From: Fastidiosibacter lacustris | GTDB taxonomy: Bacteria; Pseudomonadota; Gammaproteobacteria; Francisellales; Francisellaceae | Assembly: GCF_003428155.1 (NCBI RefSeq) | Contig: NZ_QLIR01000016.1 | Coordinates: 9,412 to 41,411 of the forward strand | Direction: 5' to 3' | DNA length: 32,000 nt | The notes under the pieces: generated by a model | Database searches by the model: none | What the model saw: only the letters and a program-made list of their open reading frames with translations | What the model was told of the DNA's origin: nothing | Position numbers and translations under genes: made by a program | Part shown: piece after piece, positions 20,241 through 29,718 of the stretch | Numbering within the stretch: the stretch's first letter is position 1 | Layout: each line of letters starts with the position of its first letter

Positions 20241-21644
20241 ATGTTCAAATTTAGTGCAACTTATACCGATTTTTATCAATTGACAATGGCGCAATGCTAT
20301 TTTTTAGAAGGTAGAAAGTTTCAAACTGCCACTTTTGATTATTTTTTTCGTAAACATCCCTTTAATGGTGGTTATGCTATATTTGCCGGATTACAAAGCT
20401 TATTGGAGATATTGGATGGTTTTCTCTTTACCGAACAAGATTTGATATTTTTACAAAGACAAGGTTTTAATCAGCATTTTTTAAATTATTTACAAGATTT
20501 CAGTTTTCAAGGAGATATCTACTCATTCCAAGAAGGAGATATTGTTTTTCCCAATCAGCCAATTTTAACAGTTTGTGCGAATATTATTGAAGCCCAAATC
20601 GTTGAAACAATCCTTTTAAACGTCTTAAATTTTCAAACCTTGATTGCAACGAAAGCAAGTAGAATACGCCAAGTTGCCAAGGATAAACGGCTACTTGAAT
20701 TTGGTCTTCGACGTGCTCAAGGTCCTGGTGGTTTTTTTGCATCACGCGCCGCAATTATTGGGGGATTTGATGCTACAAGCAACGTTCAAGCAAGTCGAGT
20801 ACATAATATTCCCGTTGCTGGGACAATGGCGCATTCGTTTATTCAAAGCTATGAAAATGAGCTCGAAGCTTTTCGTCAATATGCAAAAAGTTTTCCTCAC
20901 AACACCACTTTATTGGTAGATACCTATAATACATTAAAAAGTGGAATTCCCAATGCAATTACAGTTGCCAAAGAAATGGAAAGCCAGGGGTTAAGACTAA
21001 AGGGTATTCGTTTGGACAGCGGTGATTTAGCATATTTATCAAAAAAAGCAAGGCACATGCTTGATACCGAAGACTTGCAATATGTTGGTATTACCGTATC
21101 TAATCAGTTAGATGAATCTGTTGTGAAAAGCTTAATCGAACAAGATGCACCTATTGATAGTTTTGGCATTGGGACGTCTTTGGCAATTGGTTACCCAGAT
21201 GCTGCTTTAGATGGTGTTTATAAATTGGCACAAATTGATGATCGTCTATGTATTAAGATTTCTGAAAGCATCACAAAAACCACTTTGCCAGGACATAAAC
21301 AAGTATACCGTCTTCTGGATCATAACAACCAGTTTTATGGTGGTGATGTTATAACGTTTTTTGATGAAAAATCGATTACCCAAATGCATCACCCATTTGA
21401 AGCTTTCAAGCATTTGAATATTGATGGTATTGCAAAAGAACCTTTATTACATAAAGTAATGCAGCAAGGGAAGGTTTTATCAAAACAGCAAGATTTAAAT
21501 ATGATTGCACAATATTGTCGTCAGCGTTTGTCACAACTGCCATCAGAATATAAACGAACAACAAACCCGCATTTATATAAAGTTGGAATGAGTGATGCCT
21601 TAAAACAAAAGCGTGATCAATTGATTGAGCAATATCATATATAG
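20241..21644 (+). CDS. pncB: Nicotinate phosphoribosyltransferase
   Basis: TDFYQLTMAQCYFLEGRKFQTATFDYFFRKHPFNGGYAIFAGL; FGLRRAQGPGGFFASRAAIIGGFDATSNVQA; GTMAHSFIQSY; RLDSGDLAYLS. Confidence 0.95.
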   Translation: MFKFSATYTDFYQLTMAQCYFLEGRKFQTATFDYFFRKHPFNGGYAIFAGLQSLLEILDGFLFTEQDLIFLQRQGFNQHFLNYLQDFSFQGDIYSFQEGDIVFPNQPILTVCANIIEAQIVETILLNVLNFQTLIATKASRIRQVAKDKRLLEFGLRRAQGPGGFFASRAAIIGGFDATSNVQASRVHNIPVAGTMAHSFIQSYENELEAFRQYAKSFPHNTTLLVDTYNTLKSGIPNAITVAKEMESQGLRLKGIRLDSGDLAYLSKKARHMLDTEDLQYVGITVSNQLDESVVKSLIEQDAPIDSFGIGTSLAIGYPDAALDGVYKLAQIDDRLCIKISESITKTTLPGHKQVYRLLDHNNQFYGGDVITFFDEKSITQMHHPFEAFKHLNIDGIAKEPLLHKVMQQGKVLSKQQDLNMIAQYCRQRLSQLPSEYKRTTNPHLYKVGMSDALKQKRDQLIEQYHI

Positions 21645-21829
21645 CCATCGCCTCACCCTAACACATGGTGTAAACAAGCTTACGTTTACATTCCCTAACG
21701 ATTCCTAATTTGTAATCTACTACATACAGCTTGATACATAAGATAGATATTTTCTTGCGCAAAATTCTGTTAACTTCAATTTTCTGCTTGCTCGGCAAGA
21801 CTTTCCAACAGAAATATAAGGTGAACTTT

Positions 21830-23614
21830 ATGCAGAATTTTGGTCGTTTGATCTTTTTTGTTTCTCTTTTTTTTATATCTTTAGTCAAATATGCAAATTC
21901 TAATGACTTGAGCCTTGATAACTCAACTATCTTCGATTATGGATGCAAGGAACAAAACAATTCAAAATTTAAAGTCATAGTAGAAAAATATGAGCGTCAG
22001 CTGTTTTCATTATATGAAAAATGTACTCACATAAATCTTATACGCTCCAATGACCCTAATGTAATAATATCGAACTTTGAGAACGCCTTAGAGAAGAAAG
22101 ACATATGCCATGTGTCAACGCACGATATAAAAAAAATGATTTTAGATCGAGGGTATTCGGAAATCACAATGTTGCATATAGCAGCACTATTTCCAAAACA
22201 TAAACTCTATGAAGAAATTTTAAATTTAATAAGATTAGATGCTGATGCAATTGAAGATATAACAGGGGCAACGCCAGAAGATATTAGAAATTTAGTTTTT
22301 ATTGATACTTCAAAAATTGGTCAGGTAGAAGATGGTGTACTTTATAGTAATCACATTAAAAAATCATGTTCTGATATTATTGATAGCTGGCATAGTAATT
22401 ATACTAATATAATTTATGATTTAAATAATGTGCTATCTAAAAATTTTGGGTTAAATTATCAACTAAAGTTAAATAACGAATCGCTCAAGGAAATTTGTAT
22501 AAATCACAATATCTGTTTATTTTTACCGAATAAAAAACAAAGAAAAAAAATGCAACCAAAGTTAGAGCATTTATTTAAAGACGAGAGGGAATATACAACG
22601 ATAGAAACTTTTTACACCACTCATTCCAATACAAAAATCAAAGGTAGTTTTGCGTTGCAGGATATATCTCCTGGTGAGGTAATTCTGGAATATCCTGGTA
22701 AATCCAGCTCATTGACTGAGTACGAGACTGAAGATTCAAGCAGAGAGTATTCGTATGCTTATCAAAATGGAAACAAGATTAGGGGTATTGCTTCATATAT
22801 AAATGACTGTACCCCAAATGTAACAAAGATTGACGTATTATATAAGGGTGCTATCAGGGGGGTGATGGTGGCAATAGATACGATAAAGCAAGGAGAACAG
22901 TTATGCTCAGACTATGGTATGCATGATATAAAAAGGTTGAGATATGAAAACTTTAATGAGAAAAGGTTAGACTCAATAATGAGCAACCCTGAGACATGGC
23001 GTAAATTAAATAAATATGTGAGTAATGGCTCGGATAGTGCTCACATATCAACTGATAACTATGATCCTCTTGTTCGTTTATTACTTAATGAAGGGGAACA
23101 AGACTTAGAGTCGATCTATAATCGCTCCCTTTTAGTCCATATTTTAAATAGCCCATATGTTCTTTTAAATCTATTGCTTAATAAACAAATAACCCGTTAC
23201 CAATTAAGACTACTAGACGTAAGGATCTCTCCTCAATTAATGTTAAATTATTATCATATAAACTATTTAAACCTACTCTTCAATTTGTCTGATTATTTTT
23301 TAAAAGAAAAAGAAAAGACGGGTAAAATTGAAGAACAAAATTCTGTACATCGAAGTTTTAAATGGCTTTTAAAAAAAGCGATGCCAATGAATTTTGTACT
23401 GAGCTACCTTAACTTCCTCAACCACAATGACTTCTTTATTACAATAGAAGAAAAACACCAAAAGGAAGAAAATCTAATAGAAACTGCTATTGGTATGCAA
23501 CAGGTCTTTCTTGCTAATAGTCGACTTGATAATAGTTATAAGCAGTATATACGAGAAGTTAATTTTAACGATATGTTTAATGAATCGCCTATTGCACCGA
23601 AAGATGACTTATAA
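21830..23614 (+). CDS. Secreted/exported SET-domain protein with ankyrin-like segment (putative eukaryotic-like effector)
   Basis: ATG 21830 gives signal peptide MQNFGRLIFFVSLFFISLVKYANSN; ankyrin-like SEITMLHIAALFPKHKLYEEILNLIRLDADAIEDITGATPEDI; SET motifs KIKGSFALQDISPGEVILEYPG ... ASYINDCTPNVTKI ... GVMVAIDTIKQGEQLCSDYG. The track start at 21731 is extended. Confidence 0.8.
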   Translation: MQNFGRLIFFVSLFFISLVKYANSNDLSLDNSTIFDYGCKEQNNSKFKVIVEKYERQLFSLYEKCTHINLIRSNDPNVIISNFENALEKKDICHVSTHDIKKMILDRGYSEITMLHIAALFPKHKLYEEILNLIRLDADAIEDITGATPEDIRNLVFIDTSKIGQVEDGVLYSNHIKKSCSDIIDSWHSNYTNIIYDLNNVLSKNFGLNYQLKLNNESLKEICINHNICLFLPNKKQRKKMQPKLEHLFKDEREYTTIETFYTTHSNTKIKGSFALQDISPGEVILEYPGKSSSLTEYETEDSSREYSYAYQNGNKIRGIASYINDCTPNVTKIDVLYKGAIRGVMVAIDTIKQGEQLCSDYGMHDIKRLRYENFNEKRLDSIMSNPETWRKLNKYVSNGSDSAHISTDNYDPLVRLLLNEGEQDLESIYNRSLLVHILNSPYVLLNLLLNKQITRYQLRLLDVRISPQLMLNYYHINYLNLLFNLSDYFLKEKEKTGKIEEQNSVHRSFKWLLKKAMPMNFVLSYLNFLNHNDFFITIEEKHQKEENLIETAIGMQQVFLANSRLDNSYKQYIREVNFNDMFNESPIAPKDDL

Positions 23615-23724
23615 ATTTGGTGTTTATCGTAAGATGTCACCTATCGCTCATTGTGCGAGCCTGAAAGCCTTCATAACATTATCCATCTGAAGTTAAACCA
23701 ATAAGGTTATCAAGGGCATTCCCG

Positions 23725-24390
23725 ATGAGAGTTTTTAAAAACCGTGCCGATGCAGGACAACAATTAGCTGAAAAATTATTAAGTTACCAAAACAAAAAGG
23801 ATGTTTTGGTTTTAGCTTTGCCTCGTGGAGGAGTCCCCGTTGCGTTTGAAATTGCAAATATATTGCATGTGCCAATGAGTGTTGTTCTTGTCAGAAAATT
23901 AGGTATCCCTGGACAGGAAGAACTCGCTATGGGTGCTGTTTCTGAAGGTAACGTTCGTATCCTCAATCAAGAGTTAATCCAACACCTTAATATTAGTGAA
24001 AAACAGATTCAACACGTGTTGCAAAAAGAACAACAAGAATTGGCTCGACGCTTACAACGTTATCGTCAGGGGAAACCATTACTTAAATTAAATAACAAAA
24101 CTATTATTTTAGTTGATGATGGTATTGCTACAGGCGCTACCTTTAAAGCTGCCATTCAAGCGTTAAAAACTTCAAACCCTAAAAAATTAGTTATCGCAAC
24201 ACCTGTCGCAAGTCATAGTAGTTTTCAAGAAATTACTTCATTAGTCGATGAATCCGTTTGTTTAGTTACCCCAGAACCTTTTTACGGCGTTGGACAATGG
24301 TATCAACGCTTTGATCAAATCAGTGATGAAGAAGTTTTAAATTTACTTCAAACCTCACCTGTGAAATTCGATCATTTAGAGCAAAAATAA
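23725..24390 (+). CDS. Type I phosphoribosyltransferase-domain protein
   Basis: FKNRADAGQQLAEKLL, LALPRGGVPVAFEIA, PRPP-binding IILVDDGIATGAT, ATPVAS. Confidence 0.87.
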   Translation: MRVFKNRADAGQQLAEKLLSYQNKKDVLVLALPRGGVPVAFEIANILHVPMSVVLVRKLGIPGQEELAMGAVSEGNVRILNQELIQHLNISEKQIQHVLQKEQQELARRLQRYRQGKPLLKLNNKTIILVDDGIATGATFKAAIQALKTSNPKKLVIATPVASHSSFQEITSLVDESVCLVTPEPFYGVGQWYQRFDQISDEEVLNLLQTSPVKFDHLEQK

Positions 24391-24417
24391 ATATGGTAAG
24401 ACATATGCGTCTTGCAT

Positions 24418-25479
24418 TTAACGCTTGAAATAATCATCACTTTGCATTGCCTGCAAGCGGCTTTTCGTACGTTGAAACTCAAACTTTAAACGTTCACCTT
24501 GATATATGTCATCGAAATGCCTATCTGCTGAGATAATCACATACTTTCCTTCATCATAAAATTCATCAATCATAGCGATAAAACGCCTTGTTTCGCTTTC
24601 AAACTTTGTCGTCAAAATAGGCATCTCACTGATAAAAATATAATCAAAACGCTTAGCAAGTGCGATGTAGTCATTGACACCACGTGTATCACCACAAATG
24701 GCAAAAAAATCAAACCAAATCATTTGTTCATCGACTGCTTTGACCCTGACCAAGCGATCTTCAAGAATAATTTCAGTGTCATAGATTGCGAAGGAAGATG
24801 CCTGTTTTTTGAATAGTAAAGTTAAGGTACTTGTTCCCTGAGTAAGTGGATAAAAATAACGTTGTACACTTTGCAAGATTTGTTGGCGATAATCTACTCC
24901 TGAATCGAGATTGAACACTTCCACATGTTCAGTAAGTGCGTTTATTGCAGGCAAGAAAAGTTCGCGTTGCAATCCTCCTTGATAAAGCCTTTCAGGCGGA
25001 ATATTCGAAGTAGTAACAAGGGTGACATCAAGACTAAAAAGCATTTTAAAAAGATTGCCTAAGATCATAGCATCGGCAATATCTTCAACAAAAAATTCAT
25101 CGAAACAGATGACTTTTGATTGTTTGGCAATGTCCTTGGCAGTCTCATAAAGCGGATTCTTCTGACCTTGAAATTGTTTTAATAAGGTGTGAACTTCTTT
25201 CATGAAGTGATTGAAATGCTGGCGGCGCTTAGACGATAAGATGAGAGACTCATAAAACAAATCCATAATAAAAGTTTTACCACGCCCAACACCTCCCCAC
25301 ATATATAACCCTTTGACTGATTGCACTTTTTTTCTAAACAATGACCACCTGTTTTTTTGGTTTACATTATTTAAAATGTTCCCAATGCTTTCCAGTTTCT
25401 CTATTGCTTGCAATTGAAGACTATCTTGTTGGAAGTTTTGTATTGTAATGTATTCTTGATAACGATCAATAAGGCTCAT
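24418..25479 (-). CDS. zapE: Cell division protein ZapE (AFG1-like ATPase)
   Basis: GLYMWGGVGRGKTFIMDLFYESL Walker A, VICFDEFFVEDIADAMILGNLF Walker B, TSNIPPERLYQGGLQRELFLPAI. Confidence 0.92.
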   Translation of the reverse strand: MSLIDRYQEYITIQNFQQDSLQLQAIEKLESIGNILNNVNQKNRWSLFRKKVQSVKGLYMWGGVGRGKTFIMDLFYESLILSSKRRQHFNHFMKEVHTLLKQFQGQKNPLYETAKDIAKQSKVICFDEFFVEDIADAMILGNLFKMLFSLDVTLVTTSNIPPERLYQGGLQRELFLPAINALTEHVEVFNLDSGVDYRQQILQSVQRYFYPLTQGTSTLTLLFKKQASSFAIYDTEIILEDRLVRVKAVDEQMIWFDFFAICGDTRGVNDYIALAKRFDYIFISEMPILTTKFESETRRFIAMIDEFYDEGKYVIISADRHFDDIYQGERLKFEFQRTKSRLQAMQSDDYFKR

Positions 25480-25487
25480 ATAAACAA

Positions 25488-26804
25488 TTAAACTGTTTGT
25501 TCAAATTCATTGTCTTTATCTTTGACAAAACACAATAAGATAAAGGCTAATACCATACTCAAGGTAAGGATGGAGAACGCCATATGATAAGAGGAAACCG
25601 CAAAATGCTTAACGGCATTAACAGGTACCATGCCTTGAGCATAATGGATGACTTGACCTGTACTGTTGATATAATCACCCGTCCATGTCAACTCTAAGAA
25701 GTATCCAATCAGTGGGTCGAAGATTGCACCTAACACAGGCTCACCTGTATTGATAAGCGCTGCGACTGTTGCAGTAACAGCAAGTGAGTTGATGCGTCTA
25801 CCAATGGCAAAAGTTAGCATATATATACCTAAGCAAAAACCAAATACAAACAAACAAATGGATGAAATTAGAGGTGAGGTTTTAAAAGTCAACACAATCG
25901 CAAGACTAATAGTTGCAACAACGTGAAAGCTTAGCATTAACTTTTTGGTATTAAAGTTCTCAGAAAGCTTACCAATGATAGGAGAACCAATCGCCATGCC
26001 CAAGAAAATCATCGAAATTATTCCTGCTGCATATTCGGTTGAGACTTGATATTGCTCTTTGAAATAATTATTTCCCCATAGACCGGCAAAAGCATCAATT
26101 GCAGTAAAGCTTAAGCCAGAATAAAGTGTAAGTAACCAATTATCACGATTAGTGAGTACAGTTTTAATCGAAGACCATTTTAAGCTTACGCCTTCAGAAA
26201 ATAATACTTTTTGCTTTGGGTTATGATCACGAACAATCAGAAAATATAAAATTGCACCAACAATACCAATACAAGCACAAATGGCAAGAGCCTTATGCCA
26301 CGATCCAGTGGAGCTAATTAAATAAGATAGCGGCGCTTGACCCACAATGGCACCTAACATGGCAGCAGTTGCTAGAAAACTTGCAACAAAGGCAAATTGC
26401 TTAGGTGAAAACCATACCGAAGTTGCTTTGATGTAACTGACGGTTGCAAAAGAAATACCCACACCAATCATGATCCGACCAATATAAGCTAACGGTAAGT
26501 TGCTAATATCTGCGGCATAGACAAAAAGTAAAAGACCACAAGCCGAAGTCATCAATGACAAGGCGCTAATGAGTCTAAAACCAAATCGATCCAAAATAAC
26601 GCCAGAAAATAATTGCGTAATGACAATTGTCCAAAAGGTAATCGCAACAAGCGAGCCGGCTTCGGAAGCCGAAATACTAAAGGATGACATAATATCATTG
26701 GCGATAAGTCCTGGAAAAACTTGCATGATATATTTGTAAAACAATAAGAATGCGCTAAACAACACAATTAAGATAACATAGCCTTTTATTTTATGAATAG
26801 ACAT
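25488..26804 (-). CDS. MFS transporter
   Basis: 12-TM-like profile, FSGVILDRFGFRLI MFS signature; starts 9 nt upstream of zapE. Confidence 0.88.
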   Translation of the reverse strand: MSIHKIKGYVILIVLFSAFLLFYKYIMQVFPGLIANDIMSSFSISASEAGSLVAITFWTIVITQLFSGVILDRFGFRLISALSLMTSACGLLLFVYAADISNLPLAYIGRIMIGVGISFATVSYIKATSVWFSPKQFAFVASFLATAAMLGAIVGQAPLSYLISSTGSWHKALAICACIGIVGAILYFLIVRDHNPKQKVLFSEGVSLKWSSIKTVLTNRDNWLLTLYSGLSFTAIDAFAGLWGNNYFKEQYQVSTEYAAGIISMIFLGMAIGSPIIGKLSENFNTKKLMLSFHVVATISLAIVLTFKTSPLISSICLFVFGFCLGIYMLTFAIGRRINSLAVTATVAALINTGEPVLGAIFDPLIGYFLELTWTGDYINSTGQVIHYAQGMVPVNAVKHFAVSSYHMAFSILTLSMVLAFILLCFVKDKDNEFEQTV

Positions 26805-26976
26805 AAAGCAAACAGTTTAAATTTGTAATTCATTGATAACCAACATCTTAACCGTTTAAATGACAAAATAAAGAAATAATTTTAGTCATGACTGATTAAA
26901 GAAAACTCAGTGAATTTTTATTGGAATGATGGGTATTTTATTGACCAATAATTTTTTTTCGCTTAGAATCTGCGCT

Positions 26977-27005
26977 TTGCACAAATAGCATTACATACTT
27001 TTATA
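26977..27005 (+). promoter_or_regulatory. Candidate promoter for rpmH-rnpA-yidD-yidC
   Basis: TTGCAC (26977-26982), 17 nt spacer, TTTATA (27000-27005); alternative -10 TATACT at 27002-27007. Confidence 0.45.
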
Positions 27006-27041
27006 CTTTAATTTTAAATAATCTAAACGAGGATAATAAAT

Positions 27042-27176
27042 ATGAAAAGAACGTTTCAACCAAGCAACTTAAAAAGAAAAAGAACGCATGGCTTTCGTGC
27101 GCGCATGAAAACTTTAAGTGGTCAAAAAGTATTGCGTAATAGGCGTGCTAAAGGCAGACATAAGCTTGCCGCTTAA
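27042..27176 (+). CDS. rpmH: 50S ribosomal protein L34 (absent from the ORF track)
   Basis: [44 protein letters not shown], canonical 44 aa L34. Confidence 0.98.
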   Translation: MKRTFQPSNLKRKRTHGFRARMKTLSGQKVLRNRRAKGRHKLAA

Positions 27177-27513
27177 TGCACTTAAAAAAGAAAACATATT
27201 AAATGCCAAGCGATTTAATCTTGGCTTTTCACGCATCTGCCAAAAAATTCATACCAAACATTTTTCTTATCTTATCGCTCAAGGCGAAGACCTTAGCACA
27301 AGCATCGGTATTATCGCTGGTAAAAAGAAAGTAAAAACAGCAGTTAAACGCAATTTATGCCGACGCTTAAATAAGGAAATGTTTCGTCATAACAAAGCTA
27401 AATTTACCAACACAATGTTAATCGTCATTGTAAGCCAACATGCAGATGCAGCAACGAAGGAAGATTTATGGTGTTCTATCAACAGTTTTCTCGCACAATA
27501 CGCACAATTATAG
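27166..27513 (+). CDS. rnpA: Ribonuclease P protein component
   Basis: [24 protein letters not shown]...[27 protein letters not shown] (RnpA RNR signature). Start uncertain: no in-frame ATG near the N-terminus; GTG 27118, GTG 27145 or TTG 27166 possible, all overlapping rpmH. Confidence 0.88.
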   Translation: MPLNALKKENILNAKRFNLGFSRICQKIHTKHFSYLIAQGEDLSTSIGIIAGKKKVKTAVKRNLCRRLNKEMFRHNKAKFTNTMLIVIVSQHADAATKEDLWCSINSFLAQYAQL

Positions 27514-27734
27514 CACTACCTTTTATTGTACTTATTCGTAGCTACCAGATATTTATTAGCCCCTTATTAGGGATGCGTTGTCGTTTTTACCCTAGTTGTT
27601 CGCAATATGCACTAGAAGCAATTAAATTGCATGGTTTACTGATTGGGCTTTGGCTAATTACAAAAAGGCTGATAAAATGCCACCCAGCCTGTCAAGGCGG
27701 ATATGATCCAGTACCAAAGAAAGAAAAGGTTTAA
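27468..27734 (+). CDS. yidD: Membrane protein insertion efficiency factor YidD
   Basis: [34 protein letters not shown]...[14 protein letters not shown]. Confidence 0.95.
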   Translation: MVFYQQFSRTIRTIIALPFIVLIRSYQIFISPLLGMRCRFYPSCSQYALEAIKLHGLLIGLWLITKRLIKCHPACQGGYDPVPKKEKV

Positions 27735-27738
27735 ACTC

Positions 27739-29415
27739 ATGAAGTCAAACTATATAAGAATATTCTTAATAGCGCTTATTGTTGTGATTTTTATGTCACT
27801 TATGGCGCGTTGGGAAGAAATGTTTTCACCAAAACAAACGCTAACGTCTCAAAATCAATCTCAAACAAGCTCACAACAAATGTCAACTACGGCAAGTGAT
27901 ACGAAACAACCTGTTGTAACAGTTGATGCAACTAAGCAAGACTTCAATAGTGATAACATTAAACCTATTTCACTCGATACCAAAGTTTTTGCTAATTTAG
28001 AAATTAGTCCGCTAAATGGCGCAATTATCAATGCTGCTTTAAAAGACTACGATGTGAGCCTAACCGATAAAAGCCCAATGCCGCTTTTAAACAATAAAAC
28101 TGGCAGTAAATACATTGCACAAAGTATTATTTACATTAACAATCAACCACAAAAAATAATCTTCACTCAACACAGCGTTGACAAAAAGACTACTGAAACA
28201 ATCGTAACTTTAAGCGCACAAACACAAGGTATTGAAGTTGTTCGCCAATACATTATTGACGATACGGCATATGCAATCACTGTTAAACAAAGCATTAAAA
28301 ATACCACAAACGTACCAGTAAGTATCACTTTTGATAATGAAATAACTCGTGAAGTCATACCAGAAAGCCATAGTTTTAGCTTGTTCGATGCGCATTCTTA
28401 TTCTTTCCAAGGCGTAGGATTATCTTCAAATCAAAAACCTTTTCAAAAAGAATCGTTTAGCGATCTTGCTAAATCAACTCAAGCAGTAGGGGTGACTACC
28501 AACAAAGGCTGGGCAGCAATGATTCAGCATTATTTTGTAAGCTTATGGCTGCCTAACAATCCAAATACAAGCTTTAACGTTTATGCAAATAAACTCGCAA
28601 CTAACACTTATCAATCAGGTGTGAAAACTCAACCCGTCGTTGTTGAAAGTAGTCAAAGCATAGAAAATACCAATATTCTATATACTGGACCAACCATTAC
28701 TAAGAACCTTGAAGCAATGGTTAAGGACTTTGGTGCAAATAGACCCGATGGTTTAGATAAGCTTGTTGACTATGGGATGCTGTCTTTTATTTCAGTTATT
28801 ATCTTCTGGCTTATGACTCTTATCCATAATGTTGTTAATAACTGGGGTGTCGCAATTATCCTTGTTACTGTTTTAATCAAACTGCTGTTTTATCCATTAT
28901 CTGCTAAAAGCTATAAATCTATGGCAAAAATGCGTATGCTTCAACCACGCATGAAGAAGTTACAAGAGCTTTATAAAGGAGATCGCCAAAAGCTTGGTCG
29001 CAAAATGATGGAGATGTATAAAGAAGAAAAGGTCAATCCAGCAAGTGGTTGTTTACCTATTCTGATTCAAATTCCAGTATTCATTGCACTTTATTGGGTG
29101 TTATTGGAAAGTGTGCAATTGCGTCAAGCACCATTTGTTTTCTGGCTACATGACTTGGCATCGAAAGATCCATACTTTATTTTGCCAATTCTAATGGGTA
29201 TTTCGATGTTTGTGCAGCAAAAAATTAGCCCAACTTCAGCCGATCCAATGCAAGCTAGAATCATGATGTTGATGCCTGTTATCTTTACAGTTTTCTTTGC
29301 TTCTTTCCCATCAGGTTTAGTATTGTATTGGTTAACCAACAATGTGATCAGTATTGCGCAACAATGGTATATTACAAGAAAATATACCGCAATCTATAAA
29401 GCAAAGCGTGCTTAA
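27739..29415 (+). CDS. yidC: Membrane protein insertase YidC
   Basis: N-terminal TM, periplasmic domain, KSMAKMRMLQPRMKKLQELYKGDRQKLGRKMMEMYKEEKVNPASGCLPILIQIPVFIALYWVLLESVQLR; ATG 27739. Confidence 0.96.
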   Translation: MKSNYIRIFLIALIVVIFMSLMARWEEMFSPKQTLTSQNQSQTSSQQMSTTASDTKQPVVTVDATKQDFNSDNIKPISLDTKVFANLEISPLNGAIINAALKDYDVSLTDKSPMPLLNNKTGSKYIAQSIIYINNQPQKIIFTQHSVDKKTTETIVTLSAQTQGIEVVRQYIIDDTAYAITVKQSIKNTTNVPVSITFDNEITREVIPESHSFSLFDAHSYSFQGVGLSSNQKPFQKESFSDLAKSTQAVGVTTNKGWAAMIQHYFVSLWLPNNPNTSFNVYANKLATNTYQSGVKTQPVVVESSQSIENTNILYTGPTITKNLEAMVKDFGANRPDGLDKLVDYGMLSFISVIIFWLMTLIHNVVNNWGVAIILVTVLIKLLFYPLSAKSYKSMAKMRMLQPRMKKLQELYKGDRQKLGRKMMEMYKEEKVNPASGCLPILIQIPVFIALYWVLLESVQLRQAPFVFWLHDLASKDPYFILPILMGISMFVQQKISPTSADPMQARIMMLMPVIFTVFFASFPSGLVLYWLTNNVISIAQQWYITRKYTAIYKAKRA

Positions 29416-29544
29416 TTCCAAACATTTGCCTAATACAATCAAAGCTTACTTAATAGCTTCTGTTTTTGAATGATAATAGAGAAATCCAAAAAATCAGTTA
29501 AAAAAACAATGGACATTCGTCATGGCAGTAGTTAAAATGCCGCT

Positions 29545-29662
29545 TGCTTGACGATAATAGCAAGTTGGTCCCACCTGAATCCATTCCGAACTCAGAAGTG
29601 AAACAACTGAGCGCTGATGATAGTGTAGTATTCGCTATGTGAAAGTAAGACATCGTCAGGCA
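29545..29662 (+). rRNA. rrf: 5S ribosomal RNA (stand-alone, divergent)
   Basis: TGCTTGACGATAATAGCAAGTTGGTCCCACCTGAATCCATTCCGAACTCAGAAGTGAAAC...GATGATAGTGTAGTATTCGCTATGTGAAAGTAAGACATCGTCAGGCA. The 5' TGCTTGACGA pairs with the 3' TCGTCAGGCA (one wobble). Confidence 0.93.
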
Positions 29663-29709
29663 TCTATGTATAATTTCCCGTTTTTAAAATATTTGATCAA
29701 GCAGAATTA

Positions 29710-29718
29710 TGCTATGAT
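29710..29718 (+). promoter_or_regulatory. Candidate extended -10 promoter element for lolCD
   Basis: TG-C-TATGAT, 33 nt upstream of the lolC ATG at 29751. Confidence 0.35.

Noticed and set aside
29440-29465. Weak hairpin AAGCT-N8-AGCTT followed by T's after yidC as terminator
   Set aside because: Only 5 bp AT-rich stem; too weak to call.
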